A stretch of DNA of 64,000 bases from Alphaproteobacteria bacterium (GTDB taxonomy: Bacteria; Pseudomonadota; Alphaproteobacteria; JBFXJJ01), in assembly GCA_050175015.1 (NCBI GenBank), contig JBFXJJ010000005.1, forward strand, positions 1-64,000, written 5' to 3'. Shown here in pieces: positions 51,825 to 62,155 of the stretch. The translations under genes and the position numbers were made by a program. The notes beneath the pieces were generated by a model that was given only the letters and a program-made list of their open reading frames with translations, was not told the origin of the DNA and searched no databases. Numbering within the stretch: the stretch's first letter is position 1; each line of letters starts with the position of its first letter.

Positions 51825-52049
51825 CTAATTAATTTTTTTAGAAACAATATCTTTAATCGTTTTGATATCTTTCATTGCTACGATTTCGTCCATATCTAAC
51901 TGAATTTTAAGATTTTCTTCCAGCGATACAATTAAATTCATATGAGTTAGAGAATCCCATACTTCAATGTCGTCCATAGACATTTCATCTTTGATGTCGT
52001 TTTCCTTAAGCCGAAAAACTTCGCATAATATTTTGTTTACTTTTTCCAT
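51825..52049 (-). CDS. Acyl/aminoacyl carrier protein
   Basis: 74 aa, acidic, WDSL phosphopantetheine site. Confidence 0.92.
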   Translation of the reverse strand: MEKVNKILCEVFRLKENDIKDEMSMDDIEVWDSLTHMNLIVSLEENLKIQLDMDEIVAMKDIKTIKDIVSKKIN

Positions 52050-52052
52050 AAA

Positions 52053-52718
52053 TCATACTCCAGCAAATTGGAGGAATCTTAAACTGTCTAGTCTAAACTT
52101 TTCTCCGTCTTTAGAAATAAATACCTCTTTTTCTTTTGTGTTTCTACTAATTAAAACATTGGCACCAATAAAATTTTCACGCTCAATCGTAATGTTGTGT
52201 CCGATTGTGGCATTGATTCCTAAAAAACAATTTGATTTTATAGTGCTGTCGCCTGCGATTGTAACGCCTGACGTTATCCAGCAGTTATCCTCAACATTAC
52301 AGCCGTGAGCAACAACGGCTCCACTCCAAATAATATTGCTGTTGCCAATTTTAGCAAAAGGCTGCACTGAGGCGTGGTCTAAAATAATATTATTTTCACC
52401 AATCGTTACATTGCTATGCCAGACAACACTGGAATCAATATAATTTACAAAAGAATATCCTTTGGCTTTGGCTTCACCATATTTTTTTTCACGAACGCTG
52501 TTCATTCCAATATAGCCAACTGCAATCAGCATCTTATAATCGTTGGGAGCAAAGTGTTTTTCAATCTCATCAAAAGCTATAACAGGGAGATTTTCTAAAA
52601 CATCTTCTTTTAAAAAAGCTCTATCGACTGTAAATGCGACAACATCAAAGGTGTTTTTTACAAAATGATAAATTATTTGAGCTATTTTGCCATTGCCGAA
52701 GATAACAATTTTTTCCAT
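52053..52718 (-). CDS. PglD/NeuD-type hexapeptide-repeat acyltransferase
   Basis: IFGNG N-terminal domain, left-handed beta-helix repeats, VVAHG catalytic His. Confidence 0.88.
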   Translation of the reverse strand: MEKIVIFGNGKIAQIIYHFVKNTFDVVAFTVDRAFLKEDVLENLPVIAFDEIEKHFAPNDYKMLIAVGYIGMNSVREKKYGEAKAKGYSFVNYIDSSVVWHSNVTIGENNIILDHASVQPFAKIGNSNIIWSGAVVAHGCNVEDNCWITSGVTIAGDSTIKSNCFLGINATIGHNITIERENFIGANVLISRNTKEKEVFISKDGEKFRLDSLRFLQFAGV

Positions 52719-52730
52719 TAGTTTAAGCCT

Positions 52731-53956
52731 TTATTTTTTTGAAACCGCATATAAAACAGTTTCTTCCTTGTGCATTGTATGATGGTCTAAGTAGAAAACA
52801 TAGTCATTGAAATTTTCTTTTAACCACAAAGGAATAGCAAAAAAATCTTCATTGTTGTGATAAAGACAGATTGCTAATTTAGGTTTGTATTTTTTAATCG
52901 TATAAATGCACCTTTTAAAGCATCTAATTCAAAACCTTCAATATCCATTTTAATAAAATCAATTTTTTTAGCGTTGTTCTGAGAACAAAAATCATCAATA
53001 TTGATGATTGAAAAACCTTGATTATTACTTAAATTAAAGCCTGGTTTTATAACTAAGTCGCTGTTTTCAATGCTGTTTCCTAAAATTTTTGTTTCTTTGC
53101 CAACCGCATAAGGAACATAGGTTATGTTGCTGGCAAGTCCATTTTGTTCAGCATTAAGTTTTATAACTTTTCCGTGGGCAGGCAAGGGATCAAAGCTGTA
53201 AATATGACCATTAGAGCCAACTGATTTAGCAAAAACGACGGCAGTATCACCAACACAAGCCCCAGCATCAATAAGAATATCTCCTAAAGACGGCTTAACT
53301 GAAATGCCGTCTCTATTAAAATAATATTGTTTGATATGTAAATATAAACCTATTGCAGAGGTCATTGTCTCCAAGTTTATTATTCCTTCATCTAATGGGA
53401 TACCTTCAAAATGTTCTATTCTTCCCAACTCTGAAGTCATATTAGATGATGAATTAGATTTATAATATTTTTTACCTTCATCATAGATGGCTTTAAAATA
53501 TTCCCAAGTAAAATTCTCTTTAATTCTAATGTGTTGATAACCTAAAATACGGTAAAGGATTAATTTGATGTAAAGTTCTTTAGAAGCATTGTCTGATAGC
53601 AAGCTGTAACTTTTAAAGAATTTATCCTTGTTTAATAATAAAAAATCAAAATATTTGAGGTTAGGGCGTTTAGCCTCATTAACAATTTTGTCATTTTGGA
53701 AACGAAAAAAATCATAATTATCAGGGATGGTTTCTTTTAAGCTCTTTTTAATGTTTGAGGCTATGCAACTTATAAATTGAGCTTCATTTGCTATTTTTTC
53801 AAATGATATTAATTCATTATCTTGAGATGCTGATAGAATTTTATTTGCTACTTGTTTTGTTTTAATCTTATCTAACTTATTTTTAAAAAGATAATAGGTT
53901 TCTAAAGCTACATCTGGGGTGTTTTGCTTTATTTTTTGTTTTATGACTGTAAGCAT
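52731..53956 (-). pseudogene. FkbM-family methyltransferase with a 1-nt deletion near the 3' end (possibly an assembly error)
   Basis: IDAGACVGD and FIKMDIEGFE; the normal C-terminus TIKKYKPKLAICLYH...EETVLYAVSKK continues in the -1 frame from ~52903 to the stop at 52731. Confidence 0.85.
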
Positions 53957-54039
53957 TTATGAGGTTCTCTTAAATCTTAGTAAATAGCTTTTTATATGTA
54001 GCATAATAATCAAATTTGTAAATTAAACAACGCCATAAT

Positions 54040-54729
54040 TCAAATTAATTCGTATGAATTAAGCTGCTCAGTTATCATATTTTTATGATTAAACATAAGA
54101 ACATCAATAATTGATAAATTTGGTATAAAATCATGGTTAAACTGCGGATAAGCAGTTGGAATATTTTTAATAAAACTAAGTGTTATATTTTGCTTTTTAA
54201 ACAATGACTTATCATAAAGATCTACGCCGCCAATCGCATTAATATAATCTGATGCCTCTAAAGCTTTACATATAGCAATAATTTTATCCTGACCTTTTAA
54301 ATCATTGTCTTTTGAAAGCTTGCTAGAATAAACAAAAGATGTTGAAATATCTAAATATTTACTAATTTCGACAATCGAGTAACCTATGTATTTTGCCAGA
54401 TTTTTTTCAGTGTTTAAAAAAATGTTTTCTAATAAAGGAAAGACAGCTTTAAATTGGGAGGCTTTTTTATAAGATTGTTCAACTGTTTTTAATATTTTGG
54501 TTGAGTTTTCTCCAATATCGGTTTGATTTATAAACTTATTTTGACTTGCATGTTTTAGCTCCAAAGTAAAACGGTAAGGCTGGTTATTAACCAAGATGGA
54601 ATTGCGGTTTATATAACCCTTATTGATGAAATTAACGTCATCAAAAATTACAAAGGTATCAACCGCATTAATTAGCTGCCAATAACCGATATACGGCATA
54701 AAATAGGGCTGCATAATTGCAAGTTTCAT
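54040..54729 (-). CDS. wbqC: WbqC family protein
   Basis: MQPYFMPYIGYWQLI, INRN, YINAIGG, LSIIDVLM. Confidence 0.92.
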   Translation of the reverse strand: MKLAIMQPYFMPYIGYWQLINAVDTFVIFDDVNFINKGYINRNSILVNNQPYRFTLELKHASQNKFINQTDIGENSTKILKTVEQSYKKASQFKAVFPLLENIFLNTEKNLAKYIGYSIVEISKYLDISTSFVYSSKLSKDNDLKGQDKIIAICKALEASDYINAIGGVDLYDKSLFKKQNITLSFIKNIPTAYPQFNHDFIPNLSIIDVLMFNHKNMITEQLNSYELI

Positions 54730-54739
54730 AAATTATATC

Positions 54740-56632
54740 CTATAAATATTTGTGTTTTAATAGATAATCAAAAACAATTTGAGCTTGCTCCTCAGCTGTA
54801 CCCTTGGAGCCATCTATGATTATTTCTGAATTTTTAGGCTTTTCATAAGGTGCTGAAATTCCAGTAAAATTGGGAATTTTGCCTTCCCTTGCTTTTTTAT
54901 ATAATCCCTTAACGTCTCTCTTTTCACATATTTCTATTGGAGTTTTAATCCATATTTCTAGGAATTCACCGTCTTCTAATAAACTTCTAGCCATTTCTCT
55001 TTCGCTTTTAAATGGTGAAATAAAAGCTGTTATAACTATTAAACCAGCATCTATCATTAATTTAGAAACTTCTGCGATACGTCTTATATTTTCTACCCTA
55101 TCAACATCGGTGAATCCTAGATCCTTATTAAGCCCGTGTCTTATGTTATCACCATCTAATAAATAGGTATGTTTATTTTCGGATAAAAGCTTTTTTTCAA
55201 TAATGTTTGCTATCGTAGATTTTCCAGATCCGGACAAACCTGTAAACCAAAGAACAAAAGGTTTTTGTTTTTTCTGGTTAGCTCTAGTTGTTTTATTAAC
55301 ATCTAAATGTTGCCAATGAACGTTTGTTGATCTTCGTAATTCATAATTAATTATTCCTGCTCCGACAGTATTGTTTGATATTTTATCAATTAATATAAAC
55401 CGTCCAGTATTAGGATTATCTTTAAACACATCAAATGCTAAATCTTCATATACAAAAACATTACAACAGCCGATTTCATTGAGCTGCAAAGTTTTAGCAG
55501 ATTCTTTGACCATAGTGTTAACATTAAGACGATATTTTAACTCGGTTATTTGAGCTGAGGTTTCTGTTGTGCCTAGTTTTATAAAATAGGGGCGTTCAGG
55601 TAATAGTTCTTTTTCATCTAACCAAACTATTTGTGCTTGAAACTGGTTAGCTTGAATGGGACATTTCGAGACTTCTGATAAAACATCTCCTTTTGAAATA
55701 TCTATTTCATCTTCTAAAACAATCGTTATAGATTGCCCCGCAATAGCTTCATTTAGTGAGCCATCAAAAGTAACAATATCTTTAACACGAGACGTCTTTC
55801 CTGAAGATACGACCAAGATATCATCACCTTTTTTTACCGAACCACTGACGATTGTTCCAGAAAAACCTCTAAATTTATGATTTGGTCTATTAACCCATTG
55901 AACAGGCATTCTAAATGGAAGATTTATCTTTTTTTCATCTATTTTGACATTTTCCAAGTATCCTAAAAAACTAGGTCCTTTATACCATTTTGTTTTATCT
56001 GAATTGTTGACAACATTAGTGCCATTTAAGGCTGAAATTGGAATGCAGGCGATTTCTTCAAATGCAAAGTTTTGGGCAAATTTTTGATATTCTTGTTTAA
56101 TTTTAGAGAATGTTTCCTGATTATAATTTACTAGATCCATTTTGTTGATTGCTAATAAAACCTTTTTAATACCCATTAAAGAAACTATTAAGCTATGTCT
56201 CTTTGTTTGAGGCAAAACGCCTTTGGTGGCATCAATTAAAATAACTGCTACATCTGCCGTTGATGCTCCTGTTGCCATATTTCTTGTATACTGCTTATGC
56301 CCAGGGGTATCTGCTACTATAAATTTACGTTTGTCAGTTGTAAAAAAACGATATGCAACATCAATGGTAATGCCTTGCTCTTGCTCTGCTTGCAATCCGT
56401 CTAACAACAAAGCATAATCAATATTGTCGCCTTGAGTACCAAATTTTTTGCTTGTGTTTTCTAATGATTGTAATTGATCTTCAAAGATTAATTTAGTATC
56501 CCATAATAAACGACCAATTAATGTACTTTTGCCATCATCAACACTGCCACAAGTGATAAATCGTAGTAACTCTTTGTTTTCTTGCTCTTTTAAGTAAGAA
56601 GCTACATCTTGATTAATAACTTCAGATTGCAT
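54740..56632 (-). CDS. cysNC: Bifunctional sulfate adenylyltransferase subunit 1 / APS kinase (NodQ-like)
   Basis: GSVDDGKST, DTPGH, NKMD, then GLSGSGKST and LDGDN; likely start is ATG 56632, just after the cysD stop. Confidence 0.95.
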   Translation of the reverse strand: MQSEVINQDVASYLKEQENKELLRFITCGSVDDGKSTLIGRLLWDTKLIFEDQLQSLENTSKKFGTQGDNIDYALLLDGLQAEQEQGITIDVAYRFFTTDKRKFIVADTPGHKQYTRNMATGASTADVAVILIDATKGVLPQTKRHSLIVSLMGIKKVLLAINKMDLVNYNQETFSKIKQEYQKFAQNFAFEEIACIPISALNGTNVVNNSDKTKWYKGPSFLGYLENVKIDEKKINLPFRMPVQWVNRPNHKFRGFSGTIVSGSVKKGDDILVVSSGKTSRVKDIVTFDGSLNEAIAGQSITIVLEDEIDISKGDVLSEVSKCPIQANQFQAQIVWLDEKELLPERPYFIKLGTTETSAQITELKYRLNVNTMVKESAKTLQLNEIGCCNVFVYEDLAFDVFKDNPNTGRFILIDKISNNTVGAGIINYELRRSTNVHWQHLDVNKTTRANQKKQKPFVLWFTGLSGSGKSTIANIIEKKLLSENKHTYLLDGDNIRHGLNKDLGFTDVDRVENIRRIAEVSKLMIDAGLIVITAFISPFKSEREMARSLLEDGEFLEIWIKTPIEICEKRDVKGLYKKAREGKIPNFTGISAPYEKPKNSEIIIDGSKGTAEEQAQIVFDYLLKHKYL

Positions 56633-56633
56633 A

Positions 56634-57545
56634 TCAAAAATATCCTTCTCTTTTTTTCTTCTCCATTGAACCTGCTTGGTCAAAGTCTATAACCCGACCT
56701 TGCCGTTCAGAAGTTTTTGTTAGAAGTGTCTCTTTTATTATATCCAAAAGAGTTTCAGCTTCAGATTCAATCGCACCGCTTAAGGGATAGCAACCAAGTG
56801 TTCTAAAACGAACTTTTTTCATAGTTATTTCTTTAGGATCATTTATTGGCAATCTTTCATCATCAACTAAAATTAAGTTTCCATTACGATTAACAACAGA
56901 GCGTTCTTTGGCGAAATACAAAGGTACAATAGGAATATTCTCAAGATAAATATATTGCCAAATATCTAGCTCAGTCCAATTAGAAATAGGAAAGACTCTA
57001 ATGCTCTCGCCTTTATTTATTTTAGTATTATATAAATCCCATAGCTCTGGGCGTTGTTTTTTAGGTTTCCAAGTATGTTTCTTATCTCTAAAAGAGAAAA
57101 CTCGTTCCTTTGCTCTAGACTTTTCTTCGTCTCTTCTAGCCCCACCGAATGCCGCATCAAAAGCATATTTGTCTAGTGCTTGTTTCAAGCTCTGTGTCTT
57201 CATTACATCAGTATAAACTGTAGAATTATGAGTAAATGGAGAAATGCCGTCTTTGATACCATCTTCATTGATATGAACAAGTAATTTGAAGCCAATATCT
57301 TTTGCCATTTTTTCTCTGAAAGAAATCATTTCCTTGAATTTGAAAGTTGTATCTACATGCAGTAACGGAAATGGTATTGGACTAGGATAAAAAGCTTTTT
57401 GGGCTAAACGCAGCAAAACCGAAGAATCCTTTCCTATAGAATATAGCATTACAGGATTTTCAAAACTTGAAACTACCTCTCTAAAAATAAAAATACTTTC
57501 AGCTTCTAATTTTTTTAAATGGGTTAATTTATCTTCATTCATCAT
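56634..57545 (-). CDS. cysD: Sulfate adenylyltransferase subunit 2
   Basis: [35 protein letters not shown]. Confidence 0.97.
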   Translation of the reverse strand: MMNEDKLTHLKKLEAESIFIFREVVSSFENPVMLYSIGKDSSVLLRLAQKAFYPSPIPFPLLHVDTTFKFKEMISFREKMAKDIGFKLLVHINEDGIKDGISPFTHNSTVYTDVMKTQSLKQALDKYAFDAAFGGARRDEEKSRAKERVFSFRDKKHTWKPKKQRPELWDLYNTKINKGESIRVFPISNWTELDIWQYIYLENIPIVPLYFAKERSVVNRNGNLILVDDERLPINDPKEITMKKVRFRTLGCYPLSGAIESEAETLLDIIKETLLTKTSERQGRVIDFDQAGSMEKKKREGYF

Positions 57546-57547
57546 AT

Positions 57548-58348
57548 CTAAACTAAATTCAAATTATTAACGGCAAAAATGCCTTCTACTTTGATTCCTT
57601 TATTATAAACAACGTTTTCTTGGTTGTAATTTTTTAAACTGCATCCTGTTGCCTCTAAAATGGCATGCCCCCCAGCAACATCCCAGATATAAAAATGATT
57701 TGCTTTGATATAAGCATCTGCTTTGCCTTCAGCAACATAGCAAAATTTTAGGCAACTGCCCATTTTTACAGTGTCAGCGTTATACTTTTTTACAATATCT
57801 TCAGTTGTTTTATCAAAATGGCTTCTACTAACAACAATTTTTTGTATCTTTTTAGTATTAGATGGTTTTAATCTATACCAAAAATTATCTTTATACTTAT
57901 AAGATATTTTTTCTTTACACAACCCTAGATACATTTCATTTTTTGCTGGAGCATAGACCATTCCAAAAACAGGCTTGCCATTAGCAATTAAAGCAAGAGA
58001 AATTGCAAAATCATCATAATTATTAATATATTCTTTAGTGCCGTCAAGTGGGTCTAAAAGCCAGTATAGAGAGGCTTTTTTTACATATTGAAAACTATCT
58101 TTGTTTTCTTCGGATAAAACGGGAATATCAGGAGTATATAAATTTAAAATATTAGAAAAAGTAGTATGAACTAATAAATCTGCCTTAGTTACAGGAGAAC
58201 TATCCGATTTATTTTTTATATCAAAATTTTTATTTTCTCTAATAAAAATAATTTCATCTCTTAAATCTTCTATAATTTCAAAAAGTTGTAGAGGACATTT
58301 TTCTCCTATTTGTTTCTGAATTTTTGTTGGTAATAAAGAGAAAAACAA
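57548..58348 (-). CDS. cysQ: 3'(2'),5'-bisphosphate nucleotidase
   Basis: [29 protein letters not shown]. Confidence 0.92.
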   Translation of the reverse strand: MFFSLLPTKIQKQIGEKCPLQLFEIIEDLRDEIIFIRENKNFDIKNKSDSSPVTKADLLVHTTFSNILNLYTPDIPVLSEENKDSFQYVKKASLYWLLDPLDGTKEYINNYDDFAISLALIANGKPVFGMVYAPAKNEMYLGLCKEKISYKYKDNFWYRLKPSNTKKIQKIVVSRSHFDKTTEDIVKKYNADTVKMGSCLKFCYVAEGKADAYIKANHFYIWDVAGGHAILEATGCSLKNYNQENVVYNKGIKVEGIFAVNNLNLV

Positions 58349-58393
58349 TTTATAAAGTCCTTATAAGATATTTTTTTAATTCTAGGAGTATAA

Positions 58394-59164
58394 ATGTTTT
58401 ATCAAAGTATAAAAGAAAAAATTAAAGATATTTTAGGCGAAAAGCAAAGTGATAAAGTTAGAAAAATTAAAGAAAATGTTGTTGGTTCTATAGTAAGAAC
58501 TAAAGAAAATATCATTAATCCATTCTTGGTTGCTAATAAAACAAAAATATTCTGTATTGGTCAAAATAAAACAGGGACTACCTCTTTAAGACAGGTTTTC
58601 TTAGATTTGAACATTGTTGTCGGTAATCAACGAACAGCTGAGAATTTTTTAGAAGAATATTTGGAAGGAAACTTTGAACCTATTATAAAATATTGCAAAA
58701 CAGGGCAATTTTTCCAAGACTTTCCCTTTAGTTTTCCTCCAACTTATAAATATATAGATAAGGCTTATCCTAACAGTAAATTTATTTTATCGGTTAGAGA
58801 TAATCCAGAACAATGGTATAACTCGGTCGTTAATTTTCATGCTAAATTATTTGGAAATGGCCACATTCCTAAAAAGGAAGATTTGCAAAAAGCTATCTAC
58901 ATAAGAGAAGGCTATGTATGGAAAAGCTTTTCTAATATCTATAAAACGCCTGAAGATGATCTATATAATAAAGATATGATGATAGATTATTATAATAAAT
59001 ATAATAACGAAGTTATTGAATATTTTGCAGATAGACCAAATGACTTGGCAGTGATTAATGTCAGTCAAAATGACGATTATAAAAAGCTTATGAATTTTTT
59101 AAGCATAAAATCTCCATTTAATGCGTTTCCATATAAGAATAAGACTAATTATACGGCAAAATAA
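58394..59164 (+). CDS. PAPS-dependent sulfotransferase
   Basis: KIFCIGQNKTGTTSL 5'-PSB loop and SKFILSVRD..WYNS 3'-PB motif. Confidence 0.85.
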   Translation: MFYQSIKEKIKDILGEKQSDKVRKIKENVVGSIVRTKENIINPFLVANKTKIFCIGQNKTGTTSLRQVFLDLNIVVGNQRTAENFLEEYLEGNFEPIIKYCKTGQFFQDFPFSFPPTYKYIDKAYPNSKFILSVRDNPEQWYNSVVNFHAKLFGNGHIPKKEDLQKAIYIREGYVWKSFSNIYKTPEDDLYNKDMMIDYYNKYNNEVIEYFADRPNDLAVINVSQNDDYKKLMNFLSIKSPFNAFPYKNKTNYTAK

Positions 59165-59167
59165 CAT

Positions 59168-60283
59168 TTAACTTTTTATTATTTTTGTAATCTTATCGCA
59201 ATCTTCCAATGTTAAATTTGGGTGCAGAGGAAGGCATAAGACTTCTTCGGCTATTTTTTCAGCGACAGGCATTTTGCCTTTGGCGGCAGATGGAAGATTT
59301 TTATATGGCTCAAACTGGCTTATTAGAGGGTAAAAATAACGACGACTAAAAATATTATGTGCTTTAAGTTCTTCATAAACGTCATCTCTCGATTTCCCCA
59401 ATTTTTTTTCATCAATTAAGATTGGAAAATAAGAATAGCAATGTTTAACGCCATCGAAATCATTAAAATAAGAAATACCAGCTATTTCCTTTAGTTTTTC
59501 ACGATAATAATATGCTATTTCTTTTCTTTTTAAGATATATTCATCTACTTTAGTAAGTTGCAGGATTCCTAAAGCAGCACTAAACTCATTAACCTTGGCA
59601 TTTAAACCGATTTCATCAAGAGTTATTTCCCCTGTAAAACCAAAATTTTTTAATTTATCAATTCTTTTCTTATCTTCAAGCGTATGTGAGATAATCGCTC
59701 CGCCTTCAAAAGTGTTATAAACTTTTGTAGCGTGAAAACTCATAACAGATAAATCGCCAAAATTAAGAACAGGTATGCCTTTAAGTGTAACGCCAAAAGT
59801 ATGGCAGGCGTCATAGATAACTTTCAATTTATGTTTATCTGCTATTTCTTGAATTCGGTAAACATTACAAGGGTTGCCATATACGTGAACAGGCATAATA
59901 GCTGATGTTTTTGGAGTAATAGCAGCTTCAATTTTATCAGGATCAAGATTAAAGGTATCTGGTTCAACATCAACAAATACAGGTGATAAGTTATTCCAAA
60001 AAAGCGAATGAGTAGTTGCCACAAAACTAAATGGCGTTGTTATAACTTCTCCTGCTAAATTTAGGTGCTGCATTGCTGTAATAAGCGCTAAAGTTCCGTT
60101 AGAAAAAAGACTAATATATTTAACACCAAGGTAATCGCAAAGTTTTTGCTCTAATTCTTGGTGAAACTGCCCATTATTAGTCAAATATTTGCTTTCCCAA
60201 ATTTTTTGCAAGTATGGGATTAGTTGATTAAGTTCAGGCAGAGATGGCTCAGAAACATATATATTTTTATTTTCTAAAGACAT
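59168..60283 (-). CDS. vioA: DegT/DnrJ aminotransferase, VioA-like
   Basis: NGTLAL, TTPFSF, DACH, SFHATKVYNTFEGG, RRYFYP. Confidence 0.85.
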   Translation of the reverse strand: MSLENKNIYVSEPSLPELNQLIPYLQKIWESKYLTNNGQFHQELEQKLCDYLGVKYISLFSNGTLALITAMQHLNLAGEVITTPFSFVATTHSLFWNNLSPVFVDVEPDTFNLDPDKIEAAITPKTSAIMPVHVYGNPCNVYRIQEIADKHKLKVIYDACHTFGVTLKGIPVLNFGDLSVMSFHATKVYNTFEGGAIISHTLEDKKRIDKLKNFGFTGEITLDEIGLNAKVNEFSAALGILQLTKVDEYILKRKEIAYYYREKLKEIAGISYFNDFDGVKHCYSYFPILIDEKKLGKSRDDVYEELKAHNIFSRRYFYPLISQFEPYKNLPSAAKGKMPVAEKIAEEVLCLPLHPNLTLEDCDKITKIIKS

Positions 60284-60338
60284 TAGTTTAACAACTCTAT
60301 GATTAAAAATTTTTTAAGTTAAATTTATTTTTAAACAA

Positions 60339-60376
60339 TAAAGCACAAAGAAACAATCAATTTTCTCTGTGCTTTA
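60339..60376 (-). terminator. Hairpin after hcp
   Basis: TAAAGCACA...TGTGCTTTA. Confidence 0.55.
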
Positions 60377-60404
60377 CGTTATCTAAACTATTTTTAGATT
60401 TTTT

Positions 60405-62036
60405 TTAACTAGCCATAGCTTTTAAATCATCATCAGCATCGCCAACAGGCATAATACTAAATTTTTCAACCAAAACATTTAAAACCGCAGGAGTGATAAA
60501 AGCTGGTAGCTTGGGACCTAATCTTATGTTTTTTACACCAAGATGTAAGAGAGCCAAAAGAACACAAACAGCCTTTTGTTCAAACCAAGAAATAACTAAT
60601 GATAAAGGCAGGCTGTTGACATCGGTGTTAAATGCTTTTGCAAGTTCTAGCGCCACTTTAATTGCGGAATAAGAATCATTACATTGTCCCATATCCAAGA
60701 GTCTTGGTAACTCACCAATAGTGCCTAGTTCAGAATTTATAACTCGATATTTGCCACACCCTAAAGTTAAAATTACCCAATCTTTAGGAGCTTTTTCAAC
60801 CACATCAGTATAATAGTTGCGTTCTCCTTCAGAACCATCACAGCCGCCAACCAGCATAAATCGTTTAATCGTTCCCGATTTTACCGCATCGATAACTTTA
60901 TCGGCTACGCCTAACACGGCGTTATGTCCAAAACCTACGGTATGGTATTTTTTAGGAGAATCTTCTTTGAAACCATCAGCTTTTAATGCCGCATCAATTA
61001 CGGGTGAAAAATCTTGATTTTTAATATGAACAACATTTGGCCAAGCAACAACACTATTAGTAAAAATACGGCTTATATAATCAGCCTTTGGTTCCTGAAT
61101 ACAGTTAGTTGTCATTAAAATAGATCCTGGAAATTCGGAAAACTCTTTGCGTTGAAGCTGCCAAGCACCGCCGAAATGACCAACTAAATGTTTATATTTT
61201 TTAAGTTCTGGATAGCCGTGAGCAGGGAGCATTTCACCGTGAGTATAGATATTAATTCCTTTGCCTTCAGTTTGTTTTAGCAGCTCTTCTAAATCTTTCA
61301 GATCGTGCCCTGAAACCAAGATTGCTTTTCCCTTTACATATCCCATCAAAACTTGTGTTGGAACAGGGTTGCCATATGCCGAAGTATTGGCTTCATCTAA
61401 AAGAGCTAAAGTTTTGACACTAATTTCGCCGCAGCGCATATTAAGAGCAAAAAGACTCTCAATAGTTTGCTCGGGCTTGGTTATGGCATCGAAAGCTTCA
61501 TGTATAAAAGCATATATTTCAGAATTGTCTTTGCCAAGTACGTGTGCGTGGTAAGCATAAGCTGCCATTCCTCTTATGCCATAGGTCAACAACTCTTGAA
61601 GTCCTGTAATATCGGCGCCGTTTTTAGCGATGCGCTTATCTATAGAGCTGCACTCGCCTTGTTTTAACAATCCTTCTTTGGTTGCCTCTGGTTTCCAAGG
61701 TGCAGGGCAGGTTAAAACTTCTTCATCTTTTTTAGCTTTTTCATATTTACTAACAATTTTTTGTTTTATTTCCCACGCTTTGCCTAAAATTTCTCGCATT
61801 CTATCAGCATCAAAATTAACGTTAGTTACCGTGGTAAATAAAGCTTCTAAAGTAAAAACATTAACTTCATCATCTTCAATTCCAAGCAATCTAGCTCTAT
61901 GAGCATACATTGAAATAGCTTTAGTAACATTGGTCAAAAGATCTTGTAAAATTGCAACTTCTGGGGTTTTACCGCAAACGCCTTTTATCGTACAAGCTGT
62001 CCCTTTTGCCGTTTGTTCACACTGATAACAAAACAT
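60405..62036 (-). CDS. hcp: Hybrid cluster protein (class I Cys spacing)
   Basis: MFCYQCEQT with C-x2-C-x8-C-x5-C; SGHD, HGEM, TTNC, GGCD, GQCND, WFEQKA. Confidence 0.97.
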   Translation of the reverse strand: MFCYQCEQTAKGTACTIKGVCGKTPEVAILQDLLTNVTKAISMYAHRARLLGIEDDEVNVFTLEALFTTVTNVNFDADRMREILGKAWEIKQKIVSKYEKAKKDEEVLTCPAPWKPEATKEGLLKQGECSSIDKRIAKNGADITGLQELLTYGIRGMAAYAYHAHVLGKDNSEIYAFIHEAFDAITKPEQTIESLFALNMRCGEISVKTLALLDEANTSAYGNPVPTQVLMGYVKGKAILVSGHDLKDLEELLKQTEGKGINIYTHGEMLPAHGYPELKKYKHLVGHFGGAWQLQRKEFSEFPGSILMTTNCIQEPKADYISRIFTNSVVAWPNVVHIKNQDFSPVIDAALKADGFKEDSPKKYHTVGFGHNAVLGVADKVIDAVKSGTIKRFMLVGGCDGSEGERNYYTDVVEKAPKDWVILTLGCGKYRVINSELGTIGELPRLLDMGQCNDSYSAIKVALELAKAFNTDVNSLPLSLVISWFEQKAVCVLLALLHLGVKNIRLGPKLPAFITPAVLNVLVEKFSIMPVGDADDDLKAMAS

Positions 62037-62109
62037 ACTTTATTCTCCTTTTAAGTTTTAAATTTATTTAATAATACTTAAATGGTAATATTTTTTAAAT
62101 TAGATAAAA

Positions 62110-62123
62110 TTGACTATAGTCAA
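62110..62123. promoter_or_regulatory. Crp/Fnr-type palindromic site between hcp and its regulator
   Basis: Perfect palindrome TTGAC-TATA-GTCAA. Confidence 0.75.
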
Positions 62124-62155
62124 GTGGTTTAGTTTTTTTAAAAAAAGGCTTAATA

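Noticed and set aside
56633-56683. N-terminal extension of CysNC in the ORF track
   Set aside because: Overlaps the conserved cysD C-terminus; ATG 56632 fits translational coupling.
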